This document shows, in pieces, positions 28,440 to 36,544 of a DNA stretch of 64,000 bases. Numbering within the stretch: position 1 is the first letter of the stretch; each line of letters begins with the position of its first letter. Source of the DNA: an uncultured Solirubrobacterales bacterium (GTDB lineage Bacteria; Actinomycetota; Thermoleophilia; Solirubrobacterales; 70-9); the NCBI GenBank assembly GCA_963826475.1, contig CAWGXC010000002.1, positions 72,541-136,540 of the forward strand. Direction: 5' to 3'. The position numbers and the translations under genes are program-made. A model generated the notes under the pieces. That model had not been told where the DNA came from, ran no database searches, and saw only the letters and a list, made by a program, of their open reading frames with translations.

Positions 28440-28671
28440 GGACCTCGCGCACCGGGACGACCTCGGTCCGCGTAGCGATGAACTCCGGCAGGAGCGCCAA
28501 GGCCGCTGCCTCGTCTGCTGCCTCGACGTGCCAGATGACCCGATGCCGGCCGTGCGCACACCCGGCGAGCGCGCTCGAGCCCCGCAGCGAGCTCGGGACG
28601 CCCGCCCATGCGGCAAACGCCGCCTCACAATGCGCCGCCTCGTGCGAGTGGTCCAGCAGGTAGAGCCCCAT
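28429..28671 (-). CDS. small His/Cys-rich hypothetical protein
   Basis: 80-aa ORF. It converges on the LuxR gene and overlaps it by 11 nt. No recognised motif and a weak RBS. Confidence 0.35.
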   Translation of the reverse strand: MGLYLLDHSHEAAHCEAAFAAWAGVPSSLRGSSALAGCAHGRHRVIWHVEAADEAAALALLPEFIATRTEVVPVREVLIS

Positions 28672-28792
28672 TGAGCCATCTTCGTCGCCTGACCGCGGGC
28701 CGCCATCAGGGGGTTCCCTGGTCCGGGACGGTATTCACGGCCCTCGAGACCCTGTTCTCCTCAGGAATCTCAGCCGTTCACACTTAGATCGC

Positions 28793-28820
28793 TTGACCGG
28801 CGCTGCCTGAGCGTTACACT
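28793..28820 (+). promoter_or_regulatory. putative groES promoter (TTGACC-N16-TACACT)
   Basis: The hexamers were read directly. They lie 11 nt upstream of the CIRCE element. Confidence 0.5.
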
Positions 28821-28831
28821 CGTCGAGCTCT

Positions 28832-28858
28832 TTGGCACTCTCGTATGTAGAGTGCCAA
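28832..28858 (+). promoter_or_regulatory. CIRCE operator (HrcA binding site)
   Basis: TTGGCACTC-N9-GAGTGCCAA is a perfect 9-bp inverted repeat. It matches the CIRCE consensus TTAGCACTC-N9-GAGTGCTAA at 16 of 18 positions. It lies 72 nt upstream of groES. Confidence 0.85.
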
Positions 28859-28929
28859 GCGCCGGTCAAGCGGCCGCAACTAACTTCGAATCTCTAGTCA
28901 ACGCAACCAACCCCGGAGGTATGCAAGCA

Positions 28930-29217
28930 ATGAAGCTCCAGCCCCTTGGCGATCGACTGATCGTCCGAGCGGTGGAAGAGGAGGAGACGACCGTCAGCGG
29001 CATCGTTCTCCCCGACACCGCCAAGGAAAAGCCCCAGAAGGGCGAAGTCCTCGCAGTAGGCGACGGCCCGATCGAAGACGGCGAGCGTCGTCCGCTCGAC
29101 GTCTCCACAGGCGACGTCGTGCTCTACAGCAAGTACGGCGGCACCGAGGTCAAGGTCGACGGCGAGGACCTGCTGGTCCTACGCGAGTCGGACGTCCTGG
29201 CCAAGGTCCTGGCCTAG
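28930..29217 (+). CDS. groES: co-chaperonin GroES
   Basis: [52 protein letters not shown] lies 9 nt upstream of the ATG at 28930. Confidence 0.95.
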   Translation: MKLQPLGDRLIVRAVEEEETTVSGIVLPDTAKEKPQKGEVLAVGDGPIEDGERRPLDVSTGDVVLYSKYGGTEVKVDGEDLLVLRESDVLAKVLA

Positions 29218-29264
29218 GCCTCGCCCGAACCCCACCCACAGACTCTCTAGGAGGAAAGACGCAT

Positions 29265-30899
29265 ATGGCTTTCAAAGAGCTGAAGTACGACGCCGAGGCG
29301 CGTACCGCGTTGCAGGACGGCGTTGACGCCGTCGCAAACGCGGTCAAGGTAACCCTCGGCCCCAAGGGTCGCTACGTCGTTCTGGACAAGAAGTTCGGCG
29401 CGCCGACCATCACCAACGACGGCGTGACGATCGCCCGTGAGATCGAGATCGAGGACGTGTTCGCCAACCAGGGCGCACAGCTCGTCCGCGAGGTCGCCAC
29501 GGCGACCAACGACGTGGCCGGCGACGGAACCACGACGGCGACGCTGCTCGCGCAGACGATCGTTCACTCGGGATTGAAGAACGTCGCCGCCGGCGCCAAC
29601 CCGCTCGCTCTCCGCAAGGGGATCGAGACGGCCGTCAACCAGGTCGTTGACAACCTGCGCAACAAGCAGTCGAAGGAGGTCGGCGGCAAGGATCAGATCA
29701 GCCGCGTGGCGTCCATCTCGGCAGCTGACGACGAGATCGGCGACATCATCGCCGACGCCATCGAGAAGGTCGGCAAGGACGGCGTCGTGAACGTCGAAGA
29801 GGGCCAGACCTTCGGGATGGAGCTCGAGTTCACCGAGGGAATGCAGTTCGACAAGGGCTACATCTCCCCGTACATGGTCACCGACCAGGAGCGCATGGAA
29901 GCGGTCCTCGAGGATCCGTACATCCTGATCGCGAACCAGAAGATCGGTTCGGTCCGGGACATCCTGCCGATCCTGGAGCAGACGATGCAGGGCGGTAAGC
30001 CGCTCGTCATCATCGCCGAGGACGTCGAGGGCGAGTCGCTCGCGACGCTGGTGGTCAACAAGCTCCGTGGCACCTTCACCGGTGTGGCGGTCAAGGCCCC
30101 CGGCTTCGGCGATCGCCGCAAGCGCATGCTGGAGGACATCGCGATCCTCTCCGGTGGCGAAGTGATCACCGAGGAGATGGGCCTGAAGCTGGAGAACACC
30201 CAGCTCAGCCAGCTCGGCCGCGCGCGCCGAGTCGTCGTCAGCAAGGACACGACGACGATCATCGACGGCAGTGGCGACAAGGCCCAGATCGAGGGCCGGA
30301 TCAACCAGATCCGCTCCGAGATCGAGAACACCGACTCCGACTTCGATCGGGAGAAGCTCCAGGAGCGTCTCGCGAAGTTGGCCGGCGGTGTGGCAGTGGT
30401 CAAGGTCGGCGCAGCCACCGAGACCGAGATGAAGGAGAAGAAGCACCGCGTCGAGGACGCGCTGCAGGCCACCAGGGCCGCCCTCGAAGAGGGAATCGTC
30501 CCCGGTGGTGGCGTTGCTCTCCTGAACGCCCAGGAGGCAGTCGACTCATCCGGGCTGGACGCCGACGAGGCGACCGGCGCGGAGATCATCCGCCGTGCAC
30601 TCGAGGAGCCGCTGCGTCAGATCTCGCAGAACTCCGGGTTCGAGGGTTCGGTCGTGGTCAACAAGGTGCGCGACATGAAGCCCGGTGAGGGTCTCAACGC
30701 GGGCACCGGCGAGTACGGCGACCTGATCAAGGACGGCGTCATCGACCCGACCATGGTCACCCGCTCCGCGCTGCAGAACGCAGCGTCGATCGCCAAGAAC
30801 ATCCTGACGACGGAGTGCATCGTCGCCGAGCCGCCCGAGAAGGACGGCGGCGGCGGCGGAGGCATGCCCGACATGGGTGGAATGGGCGGCATGATGTAA
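29265..30899 (+). CDS. groEL: chaperonin GroEL (Cpn60)
   Basis: [12 protein letters not shown] motif and C-terminal GGM repeats ([11 protein letters not shown]). AGGAGG RBS. Confidence 0.97.
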   Translation: MAFKELKYDAEARTALQDGVDAVANAVKVTLGPKGRYVVLDKKFGAPTITNDGVTIAREIEIEDVFANQGAQLVREVATATNDVAGDGTTTATLLAQTIVHSGLKNVAAGANPLALRKGIETAVNQVVDNLRNKQSKEVGGKDQISRVASISAADDEIGDIIADAIEKVGKDGVVNVEEGQTFGMELEFTEGMQFDKGYISPYMVTDQERMEAVLEDPYILIANQKIGSVRDILPILEQTMQGGKPLVIIAEDVEGESLATLVVNKLRGTFTGVAVKAPGFGDRRKRMLEDIAILSGGEVITEEMGLKLENTQLSQLGRARRVVVSKDTTTIIDGSGDKAQIEGRINQIRSEIENTDSDFDREKLQERLAKLAGGVAVVKVGAATETEMKEKKHRVEDALQATRAALEEGIVPGGGVALLNAQEAVDSSGLDADEATGAEIIRRALEEPLRQISQNSGFEGSVVVNKVRDMKPGEGLNAGTGEYGDLIKDGVIDPTMVTRSALQNAASIAKNILTTECIVAEPPEKDGGGGGGMPDMGGMGGMM

Positions 30900-30946
30900 G
30901 GAGGTCTCCGGACCTCTCGCGGCTCGATTGAGCCGCACCGCTTGGC

Positions 30947-30985
30947 CAGAAGGGCCCGGGAGAGATCCCGGGCCCTTCTGCGTTT
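30947..30985 (+). terminator. intrinsic terminator-like hairpin after groEL
   Basis: CAGAAGGGCCCGGG-agagat-CCCGGGCCCTTCTG forms a 14-bp perfect stem. It is followed by CGTTT, a short T run. Confidence 0.6.
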
Positions 30986-30999
30986 GCGACGATCAGCCG

Positions 31000-32277
31000 A
31001 TGGACCCGATTCCCCTCGCGCCCGAGGACCGCGCGATCCTCGGCCTGGAATGCGAGACGATCGCCGGGCACACATGCAAGGTGATCCGCCTTGGAGGCAG
31101 GGGCGCGGACCTGGATGATCTGCGCGCACGGGTCGCTGAGCGCGTCACCGCGGTGCCCTCGCTCGCGACGCGGCTGGGCGGAACCGTCGAGCAGCCCGCC
31201 TGGGTTCCATGGGAGGGCTTCGATCCGGCCGAGCGGATCAAGCCGCTCGAGGTCGCGAGGCCGGTCGAGCGCGGTGGCCTCGCCGAGCAGGTCTCGAGGC
31301 TCTTCGAGCAGCGCCTCGACCGGGAGCGTCCGCTCTGGCAGATTCACGTGGCGCCGCTCGCGGAGGGCGGCACGGCCTTGATCTGGCGCATCCACCACGC
31401 GCTCGCCGATGGGACGGCGTCGATGCGCCTCGCGCGCGCCCTGCTCTGGGACGAGGACGACGCCGCCGCCCCGCCGCCGCCCGCGCCCGCCCGCGAGACG
31501 GACGACGCCAGGCGGCGGCGGCACCTGGCCGCCTTCGTCGACCGGGAGTTCGGCGAGGCTCTCCACCGCTCGCCGTTCGACGGCCGCATCGGGACCCGCA
31601 GGCAGATCGCCTTCGCATCAACCGACATGGGGGCGCTGCACGACGCTGCCAAGGCCACGGCGGGGGCGACGCTCAACGACGCCGTGCTCTCCGTGGTCGC
31701 CGGGTCGTTGCGCCTCTGGCTCCAGAGCCACCACGGACCGCTCAGCGGCGTGCGGGTCCGGGTGCCGGTCAGCCTCCACCACGAGGGCGACGCGGCCGCC
31801 AACCGCGATTCCTTCTTCTCGCTCGCCCTGCCACTGAACGTGGGCGACCCCATCGAGCGGCTCCGCCTCGTTCATGCCGCAACGGCGGAGCGCAAGTCCG
31901 CCCACGATGCCGAGCTGATGGATTCGATGATGCGGGAGCTCGGCGCGGTCTCCCCGCGGATGAGGGATTTCTGTCAGCGCATCGAGGCGAGTCCGCGGAG
32001 CTTCGCGCTCAGCGTCTCGAACGTCCCCGGTCCGCGCGCTCCGGTCGGCGTCTTCGGAGCCCCGGTCGAGTCCGTTCACTCGATTGCGGAGATCGGCAGC
32101 CGCCACGCGCTGCGGATCAGCGCCCTGTCGCTGGCCGGCAAGCTCCACTTCGGGCTCTGCGCCGACCCCGCGCTCGTCGATGGTCTCGACGTGATGGCCG
32201 CGGGGATCGAGTCGGAGGCCGTCGCGCTCGTGGATCGGTCAGCCGGCGGCGAGCGCGAGGACCTTGGACATCGGTGA
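31000..32277 (+). CDS. wax ester synthase / diacylglycerol acyltransferase (WS/DGAT) family protein
   Basis: ATG at 31000. Catalytic HHALADG motif (IWRIHHALADGTAS) and NVPGP motif. Confidence 0.8.
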   Translation: MDPIPLAPEDRAILGLECETIAGHTCKVIRLGGRGADLDDLRARVAERVTAVPSLATRLGGTVEQPAWVPWEGFDPAERIKPLEVARPVERGGLAEQVSRLFEQRLDRERPLWQIHVAPLAEGGTALIWRIHHALADGTASMRLARALLWDEDDAAAPPPPAPARETDDARRRRHLAAFVDREFGEALHRSPFDGRIGTRRQIAFASTDMGALHDAAKATAGATLNDAVLSVVAGSLRLWLQSHHGPLSGVRVRVPVSLHHEGDAAANRDSFFSLALPLNVGDPIERLRLVHAATAERKSAHDAELMDSMMRELGAVSPRMRDFCQRIEASPRSFALSVSNVPGPRAPVGVFGAPVESVHSIAEIGSRHALRISALSLAGKLHFGLCADPALVDGLDVMAAGIESEAVALVDRSAGGEREDLGHR

Positions 32278-33114
32278 CGGCTCGACGCCGAGCTCACGGA
32301 CATCGGCCGCGCCCCGCTCGCTGAGCATCGGCACCTCCATGAGCTCAGCCTCCTCCCAGGTGGCGAAGGCGGCCTCGCCGAACAGGCGCCGGAGCCAGAT
32401 CAAGCCGGATCGCACGAACGGCAGGGGCACGTGGACCGACGGCCGCTCGCGACCAGCTGAAGAGGCGACCAGCCGGGCGATGCCCTCGTAGCTGATGCGC
32501 TCGGGGCCGACCAGCTCGTAGCGGCCGGGTGAGGAGTCCAGCGAAGCCACCACCGCCCGGGCCGCGTCCTGCGCCCAGATCGGCTCGTACGCGGACCGGC
32601 CGCGACCCGAGATCGGCAGCAGCGGCAAGAGCGCCAGGCGTCGCTGCAACCGGATCCAGTCGTCGGCTGGGTCGTAGATGATCGAGGGAGCGAAGATCGT
32701 GGTCTCGAGCGGCGAGGCGGACACCCGCCGTTCCGCCAGGGCCTTGGCGCGGAAGAACCTGGTCCGCTGGAAGCTGGTCGCCCCCAGCGCGCTGAAGAAG
32801 ATGAACCGGCGGACGCCCGCCCGCTCGGCTGCGCGCAGGAGTCGATGCGTGCCGAGCGCGGTGATCTCCTCGACGCGCCGGGGCGGCTGGTCGCGGATCG
32901 CCGCCGCGAGGTGGATGACCGTGTCCGCACCACGAACCGCGTGACGCAGCCCACGCGGGTCGCCGAGGTCGGCGAGCGAGAGCTGGACGCGCACCCGGTC
33001 GTTGCCGAGACGGCGCGGATCGCGGACGAGGCAACGGACCTCATGGCCCTCGTCGAGCAGCTTGGGCAACAGCGCTGAGCCCACCAGCCCGGTGGCTCCG
33101 GTGAGCAGGATCAT
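32239..33114 (-). CDS. NAD(P)H-binding SDR-family protein (NmrA/NDUFA9-like)
   Basis: ATG at 33114 (MILLTGATGLVGSALL Rossmann motif). The 3' end overlaps the convergent WS/DGAT gene by 39 nt. Confidence 0.75.
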   Translation of the reverse strand: MILLTGATGLVGSALLPKLLDEGHEVRCLVRDPRRLGNDRVRVQLSLADLGDPRGLRHAVRGADTVIHLAAAIRDQPPRRVEEITALGTHRLLRAAERAGVRRFIFFSALGATSFQRTRFFRAKALAERRVSASPLETTIFAPSIIYDPADDWIRLQRRLALLPLLPISGRGRSAYEPIWAQDAARAVVASLDSSPGRYELVGPERISYEGIARLVASSAGRERPSVHVPLPFVRSGLIWLRRLFGEAAFATWEEAELMEVPMLSERGAADVRELGVEPSPMSKVLALAAG

Positions 33115-33217
33115 TCGCCTCCGAACCCTACCTCCGCAGGCGCTGTCTCTACAATGACGCCTCCGCGGCGAGGTCGCGGCAGGACCGCAAGCGAACAACG
33201 AGAGGGAAGAACGCACC

Positions 33218-33481
33218 TTGACCTACGTCATCGCAGAGCCCTGCATCGGGGAGAAGGACAACTCCTGCGTGGAGGTCTGCCCGGTGGACTGCATTCACCC
33301 GACCCCCGACGAGCCCGACTATGAGGCGGCCAAGCAGCTCTTCATCGATCCCGACGAGTGCATCGACTGCGACGCCTGCGTCGAGGCGTGTCCCGTCGAC
33401 GCCTGCTTCGCCGAGGACCAGCTCCCCGACGAGTGGAGTCCGTTCGCGCAGCTCAACGCCGACTACTTCGCCAGCAAGTAG
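33218..33481 (+). CDS. fdxA: ferredoxin (FdxA-like, 3Fe-4S/4Fe-4S type)
   Basis: [28 protein letters not shown] and [15 protein letters not shown] cluster motifs. TTG start with an upstream GAGAGGGAAG. A TACAAT hexamer lies at 33150..33155. Confidence 0.85.
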   Translation: MTYVIAEPCIGEKDNSCVEVCPVDCIHPTPDEPDYEAAKQLFIDPDECIDCDACVEACPVDACFAEDQLPDEWSPFAQLNADYFASK

Positions 33482-33485
33482 CCGG

Positions 33486-34382
33486 CTGAGCCGACCCGAC
33501 GAGCACGCGGGTCGGCCGGCGGGGCTCCCGCGGGAGCTGCTGCTGCTCGCGGCCGTCGGCGCCGTCGGCGTTCTGGTGGTCTACTTCCTGGTCGTCCGCA
33601 CGCACTGGGGTCAGAGGCTGGATGAGTATGCGTTCGTCGGCCGCGACGTGATTTCGACGGTCCGCTCCCTGCAGGCCGATGAATTTCTTCGCGTCGTCAG
33701 CGTTGGATCCTTAGCCCTCGCCACCATCTTCATCGCAGGCGTCGGGATCATCCGGCGCCGGCCTCGCCTGGCTCTCACGGCCGCGGGAACGGTTCTGGTG
33801 GCGGCGCTGACCACGGAGGTCCTCAAGATCTTGATCCTCGAGCGTCCCGACCTGGTTGCCACCAGGATCGGCGACAACTCCTACCCGTCGGGCCACACGA
33901 CCGTCGGGATGTCCATCGCGATGGCGACGCTGCTCGTCGTTCCCGCCCGATTGCGGCTCCTGACGGCCTTCGGGGCGGGCTGCGTCGGCGCAGCGTTCGG
34001 CGTCGCCGTCGTCGCGGCGGGCTGGCACCGTCCGAGCGACGCGGTCGGTGCATACCTCGTCTGCCTCGCGGCGGCAGCGGGAGCGGCGGCCTTGATCCGG
34101 GCCTACCCGGATCACGTCAGCCTCGTCGACGGCGACGGCGGCCGGCCTGAGCGCGCGCCCAGGATCGGCACGGCCGAGCTCGGGTTGCTCATCCTCGGCC
34201 TCGCGCTCGCAGCGATGTTCGGGCTTGCCGCCCTCACCGTGCGCGGGATCCCCTGGACGAGTGCCGGCGCTGGGTTCTTGATCTCCTCAGCCGCGCTCGT
34301 GACCCTCGCGTTCGCCGCGACCTTCGCGCTGGCCTTGACGATGAACGCCGCCGACGGCGGCGGCTACCGGCGCGAGCCCTAG
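33486..34382 (+). CDS. PAP2 family phosphatase (membrane protein); start codon unresolved
   Basis: PAP2 motifs YPSGHTT and GWHRPSD, with multiple TM helices. No ATG, GTG or TTG lies between the fdxA stop and the first TM helix. 33486 is a CTG. The only in-frame ATG (33321) lies 160 nt inside fdxA. Confidence 0.65.
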   Translation: MSRPDEHAGRPAGLPRELLLLAAVGAVGVLVVYFLVVRTHWGQRLDEYAFVGRDVISTVRSLQADEFLRVVSVGSLALATIFIAGVGIIRRRPRLALTAAGTVLVAALTTEVLKILILERPDLVATRIGDNSYPSGHTTVGMSIAMATLLVVPARLRLLTAFGAGCVGAAFGVAVVAAGWHRPSDAVGAYLVCLAAAAGAAALIRAYPDHVSLVDGDGGRPERAPRIGTAELGLLILGLALAAMFGLAALTVRGIPWTSAGAGFLISSAALVTLAFAATFALALTMNAADGGGYRREP

Positions 34383-35551
34383 TGGGCGCCGGCCTGGACG
34401 ACCGGTAGCGCCATTCCGCTGACGGGCACCGACACCGGGGGCGGGGTGTCCGCCGCGACGGACTCCATCAGGGGGAGCTCCACGGGCGTCTGGGCGATGA
34501 TGCCGCGTGCCGCCTGGCGAATCGCCACTGATGCCGGGGCGCCGGGTTCGGCGGTGACCAGCGGGTCCCCGTCGTCGGCGTGCACCCGCAGGTCCTCCTC
34601 GAGCGGCACCTTGCCGAGCAGCGGCACGTTCAGCTCGTCGGCGAGCTCCTGGCCGCCGCCCTCGCCGAAGATCGTGAAGCGCTGACCATCGGGCGCGGTG
34701 AAGCCGGACATGTTCTCGATCACCCCGAGCACCTCGAGGTCGACCTTGCCGGCCATCTCCGCCGCCCTTGCCGCCACCTTCTGGGCCGCCGGCTGCGGCG
34801 TCGTGACGACGAGGATCCGTGCCTGGGGAAGCAGCTGAGCGAGGGTCATCGAAACGTCACCCGTCCCCGGAGGGAGGTCGAGGAGCAGATAATCCAGCGC
34901 CCCCCAGTCGACGTCCTCGAGGAACTGCTGGATCGCCTTGTGAAGCATCGGCCCCCGCCAGACCACCGCGGCGTTCTCCTCGACGAAGAAGCCGATGGAC
35001 ATGACCTTGACGCCGCTCGGCGAGGTGAGCGGGATGATCTTGCGCTCGCCGTTGACCTCCGGTTTGCCGTTGACCCCGAGCATGCGCGGGATCGAGTACC
35101 CGTAGACGTCGCAGTCGAGCGCGCCGGTCGGACGGCCCTCGGCCTGCAGGGCCGCGGCGAGGTTGGAGGTCATCGTCGACTTGCCGACGCCGCCCTTGCC
35201 GGAGGCCACGCAGATCACGTTCTTGACCTGGGCGAGGGCGCCCTCAGGCAGGCCGCCCGGACGTCCGAGCTTCTGCTGCAGGCCGGCCTTCTCGGAATCG
35301 GAGAGGACGTCGAATCCGACGCCGACGCTGGTGATCCCCTCGATGGCGCCGACGTTGTCGACGACGGCCTTCTCGAATTGAGCGCGGATCGGGCACCCGG
35401 GAGTCGTCAGCGAGATCACGACGTCGACGCGGCCACCCTCCTGGAAGGTGATGGTGCGGACCATGCCGAGCTCGACGACGGAACGCCTGAGCTCGGGGTC
35501 GATGACGGCGCGCAGCGCCTCGGTCACTTGTTCTTCGGTTACTGAAGTCAT
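34379..35551 (-). CDS. mrp: Mrp/NBP35/ApbC family Fe-S cluster carrier ATPase
   Basis: ATG at 35551. N-terminal DUF59-like segment (ALRAVIDPELRRSVVELGMV), deviant Walker A SGKGGVGKST and CPxC-like GCPIR. Confidence 0.9.
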   Translation of the reverse strand: MTSVTEEQVTEALRAVIDPELRRSVVELGMVRTITFQEGGRVDVVISLTTPGCPIRAQFEKAVVDNVGAIEGITSVGVGFDVLSDSEKAGLQQKLGRPGGLPEGALAQVKNVICVASGKGGVGKSTMTSNLAAALQAEGRPTGALDCDVYGYSIPRMLGVNGKPEVNGERKIIPLTSPSGVKVMSIGFFVEENAAVVWRGPMLHKAIQQFLEDVDWGALDYLLLDLPPGTGDVSMTLAQLLPQARILVVTTPQPAAQKVAARAAEMAGKVDLEVLGVIENMSGFTAPDGQRFTIFGEGGGQELADELNVPLLGKVPLEEDLRVHADDGDPLVTAEPGAPASVAIRQAARGIIAQTPVELPLMESVAADTPPPVSVPVSGMALPVVQAGAH

Positions 35552-35592
35552 GCGCACATCTTCGCAGACGCTTCCGGCGCGTTTGGGCCTGC

Positions 35593-35627
35593 AAAAAGAT
35601 GCAGCGGGCCTTTCGGCCCGCTGCATC
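35593..35627 (-). terminator. Rho-independent terminator (minus strand)
   Basis: Read on the minus strand as GATGCAGCGGGCC-gaaa-GGCCCGCTGCATC followed by TTTTT. The stem is 13 bp and perfect. It ends 41 nt upstream of the mrp start codon. Confidence 0.7.
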
Positions 35628-35700
35628 GGGGAGGAGAGGTGGAGATCGATCAGTTGCCCGAAGGCGCCGGATCATCTCCGTTGTCTACTCGCGGATATAT
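35593..35700 (-). ncRNA. candidate small RNA or mrp leader/attenuator (C-rich single-stranded tract plus terminator)
   Basis: An ATATAT island at 35695..35700 is a possible -10. A GGAGAT/ATCTCC stem spans 35641..35679. The pyrimidine tract CCACCTCTCCTCCCC (minus strand, 35628..35642) precedes the terminator above. No family was recognised. Confidence 0.25.
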
Positions 35701-35778
35701 GGCGAGCAGATCCCTCCGGGCCGTTCTCTCCGTGTGTCCCCCGATCTTCAGGGGGTCACCGGCCCGGGCTAAGTGGTT

Positions 35779-36336
35779 CTAGACCAGCGACTGAACGCGC
35801 TCGCTGACCTCACGGACGCGCTTCTCGGCCTCCGTGCGGTTGCGCTTGATCGTCGTCTCGGCCGTGCGGCGGCGCTGCTTGACCTCGCGCTCGACGCGGT
35901 TGCGGGTCCGCTTGGCGGACTGCAGGGCACGACGACGGGCGGTTCCGCCACGACGCTCGACCTTGTTCAGCTCACGACGGAGCTGGTTGCGCACGCGGCG
36001 CAGCTCGGTCTCACGCTTGTGAGCGGTGTTGAACCGCACGTTGATGTCGCTGACGCGATCAACGGTGGTCAGTGCGGCGCCGACGGGAACGTCAACGGCC
36101 GTCTCGACTGCCTGGCGGACGTACTCACCGACGGCGTTGACGCCGCCCTTGGCCTGTCCGGCGGTCTTCGCGGCGTTCGTCTTGGTGGTCGACGCGGTGC
36201 GCTTGGTCTGAGTCTTGGCGGTGCTCGCCGTGCGCTTCGCCTGCGTGCCGGTCTTGGTGGCCTGGCTCTTGGCGGTGGTCTTCGCTCGTGTGCGAGCGGC
36301 GCTCTTGGTGCTGCCGGTGTTCGTGGTGGTAGCCAT
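35779..36336 (-). CDS. highly basic Thr/Ala/Lys/Arg-rich protein with Arg-rich coiled-coil C-terminus (hypothetical, possible nucleic-acid binding)
   Basis: 185 aa. N-terminal degenerate repeats (TAKSQATKTGTQAKRTASTAKTQTKRTASTTKTNAAKTAGQAK). C-terminus RRELNKVERRGGTARRRALQSAKRTRNRVEREVKQRRRTAE.... Confidence 0.6.
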   Translation of the reverse strand: MATTTNTGSTKSAARTRAKTTAKSQATKTGTQAKRTASTAKTQTKRTASTTKTNAAKTAGQAKGGVNAVGEYVRQAVETAVDVPVGAALTTVDRVSDINVRFNTAHKRETELRRVRNQLRRELNKVERRGGTARRRALQSAKRTRNRVEREVKQRRRTAETTIKRNRTEAEKRVREVSERVQSLV

Positions 36337-36430
36337 CTGAGTTTCTCAACCCCTTTTGATTGGAAATCGTGCTTACAAGATCGTGCTGATCTCTAACGTC
36401 CTTACTTCTAACAATGTTCAGTGTAGCACC

Positions 36431-36442
36431 GAACAACTGTTC
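36431..36442. promoter_or_regulatory. candidate LexA/Cheo-type SOS box (GAAC-N4-GTTC)
   Basis: cGAACAACTGTTCt was read directly. It lies 95-106 nt upstream of the basic-protein start codon in an AT-richer intergenic region. It is a single copy, and a chance match is plausible. Confidence 0.25.
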
Positions 36443-36500
36443 TTACACAGAGCCTGTCCGCCGGTTACCTCCGCGTCTGTGAGGACCGTCACTGACGGCT

Positions 36501-36526
36501 GCAGACCGCTTGCCCAAGCGGTCTGC
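36501..36526 (-). terminator. hairpin downstream of the metalloprotease gene
   Basis: GCAGACCGCTT-gccc-AAGCGGTCTGC forms an 11-bp stem. No T-tract. Confidence 0.35.
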
Positions 36527-36544
36527 GAGGGAGAAGCCCGCGGC

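Noticed and set aside
28852-28929. Longer GroES starting at 28852 or at ATG 28921.
   Set aside because: The extension has no counterpart in GroES proteins. The GGAGG at 28916..28920 abuts ATG 28921 with zero spacing, but is 9 nt from ATG 28930. That start gives the canonical [10 protein letters not shown]-terminus.
29218-29264. A second CIRCE element between groES and groEL.
   Set aside because: The spacer contains only the AGGAGG ribosome-binding site. No GCACTC/GAGTGC inverted repeat is present.
33321-33485. ATG 33321 as the PAP2 start (the ORF-track start).
   Set aside because: It would overlap fdxA by about 160 nt. It would also add a Ser/Pro/Thr/Arg-rich, shadow-frame-like N-terminus. 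It is kept only as an unresolved alternative in the findings.
35628-35782. Plus-strand small ORF (TTG 35654 or ATG 35698 to TAG 35780..35782) behind the strong SD-like GGGGAGGAGAGGTGGAG.
   Set aside because: The purine tract is better explained as the complement of the minus-strand C-rich tract next to a minus-strand terminator. The ORF is 28-43 aa with no motif. It would be transcribed towards the converging basic-protein gene, with no promoter evident.
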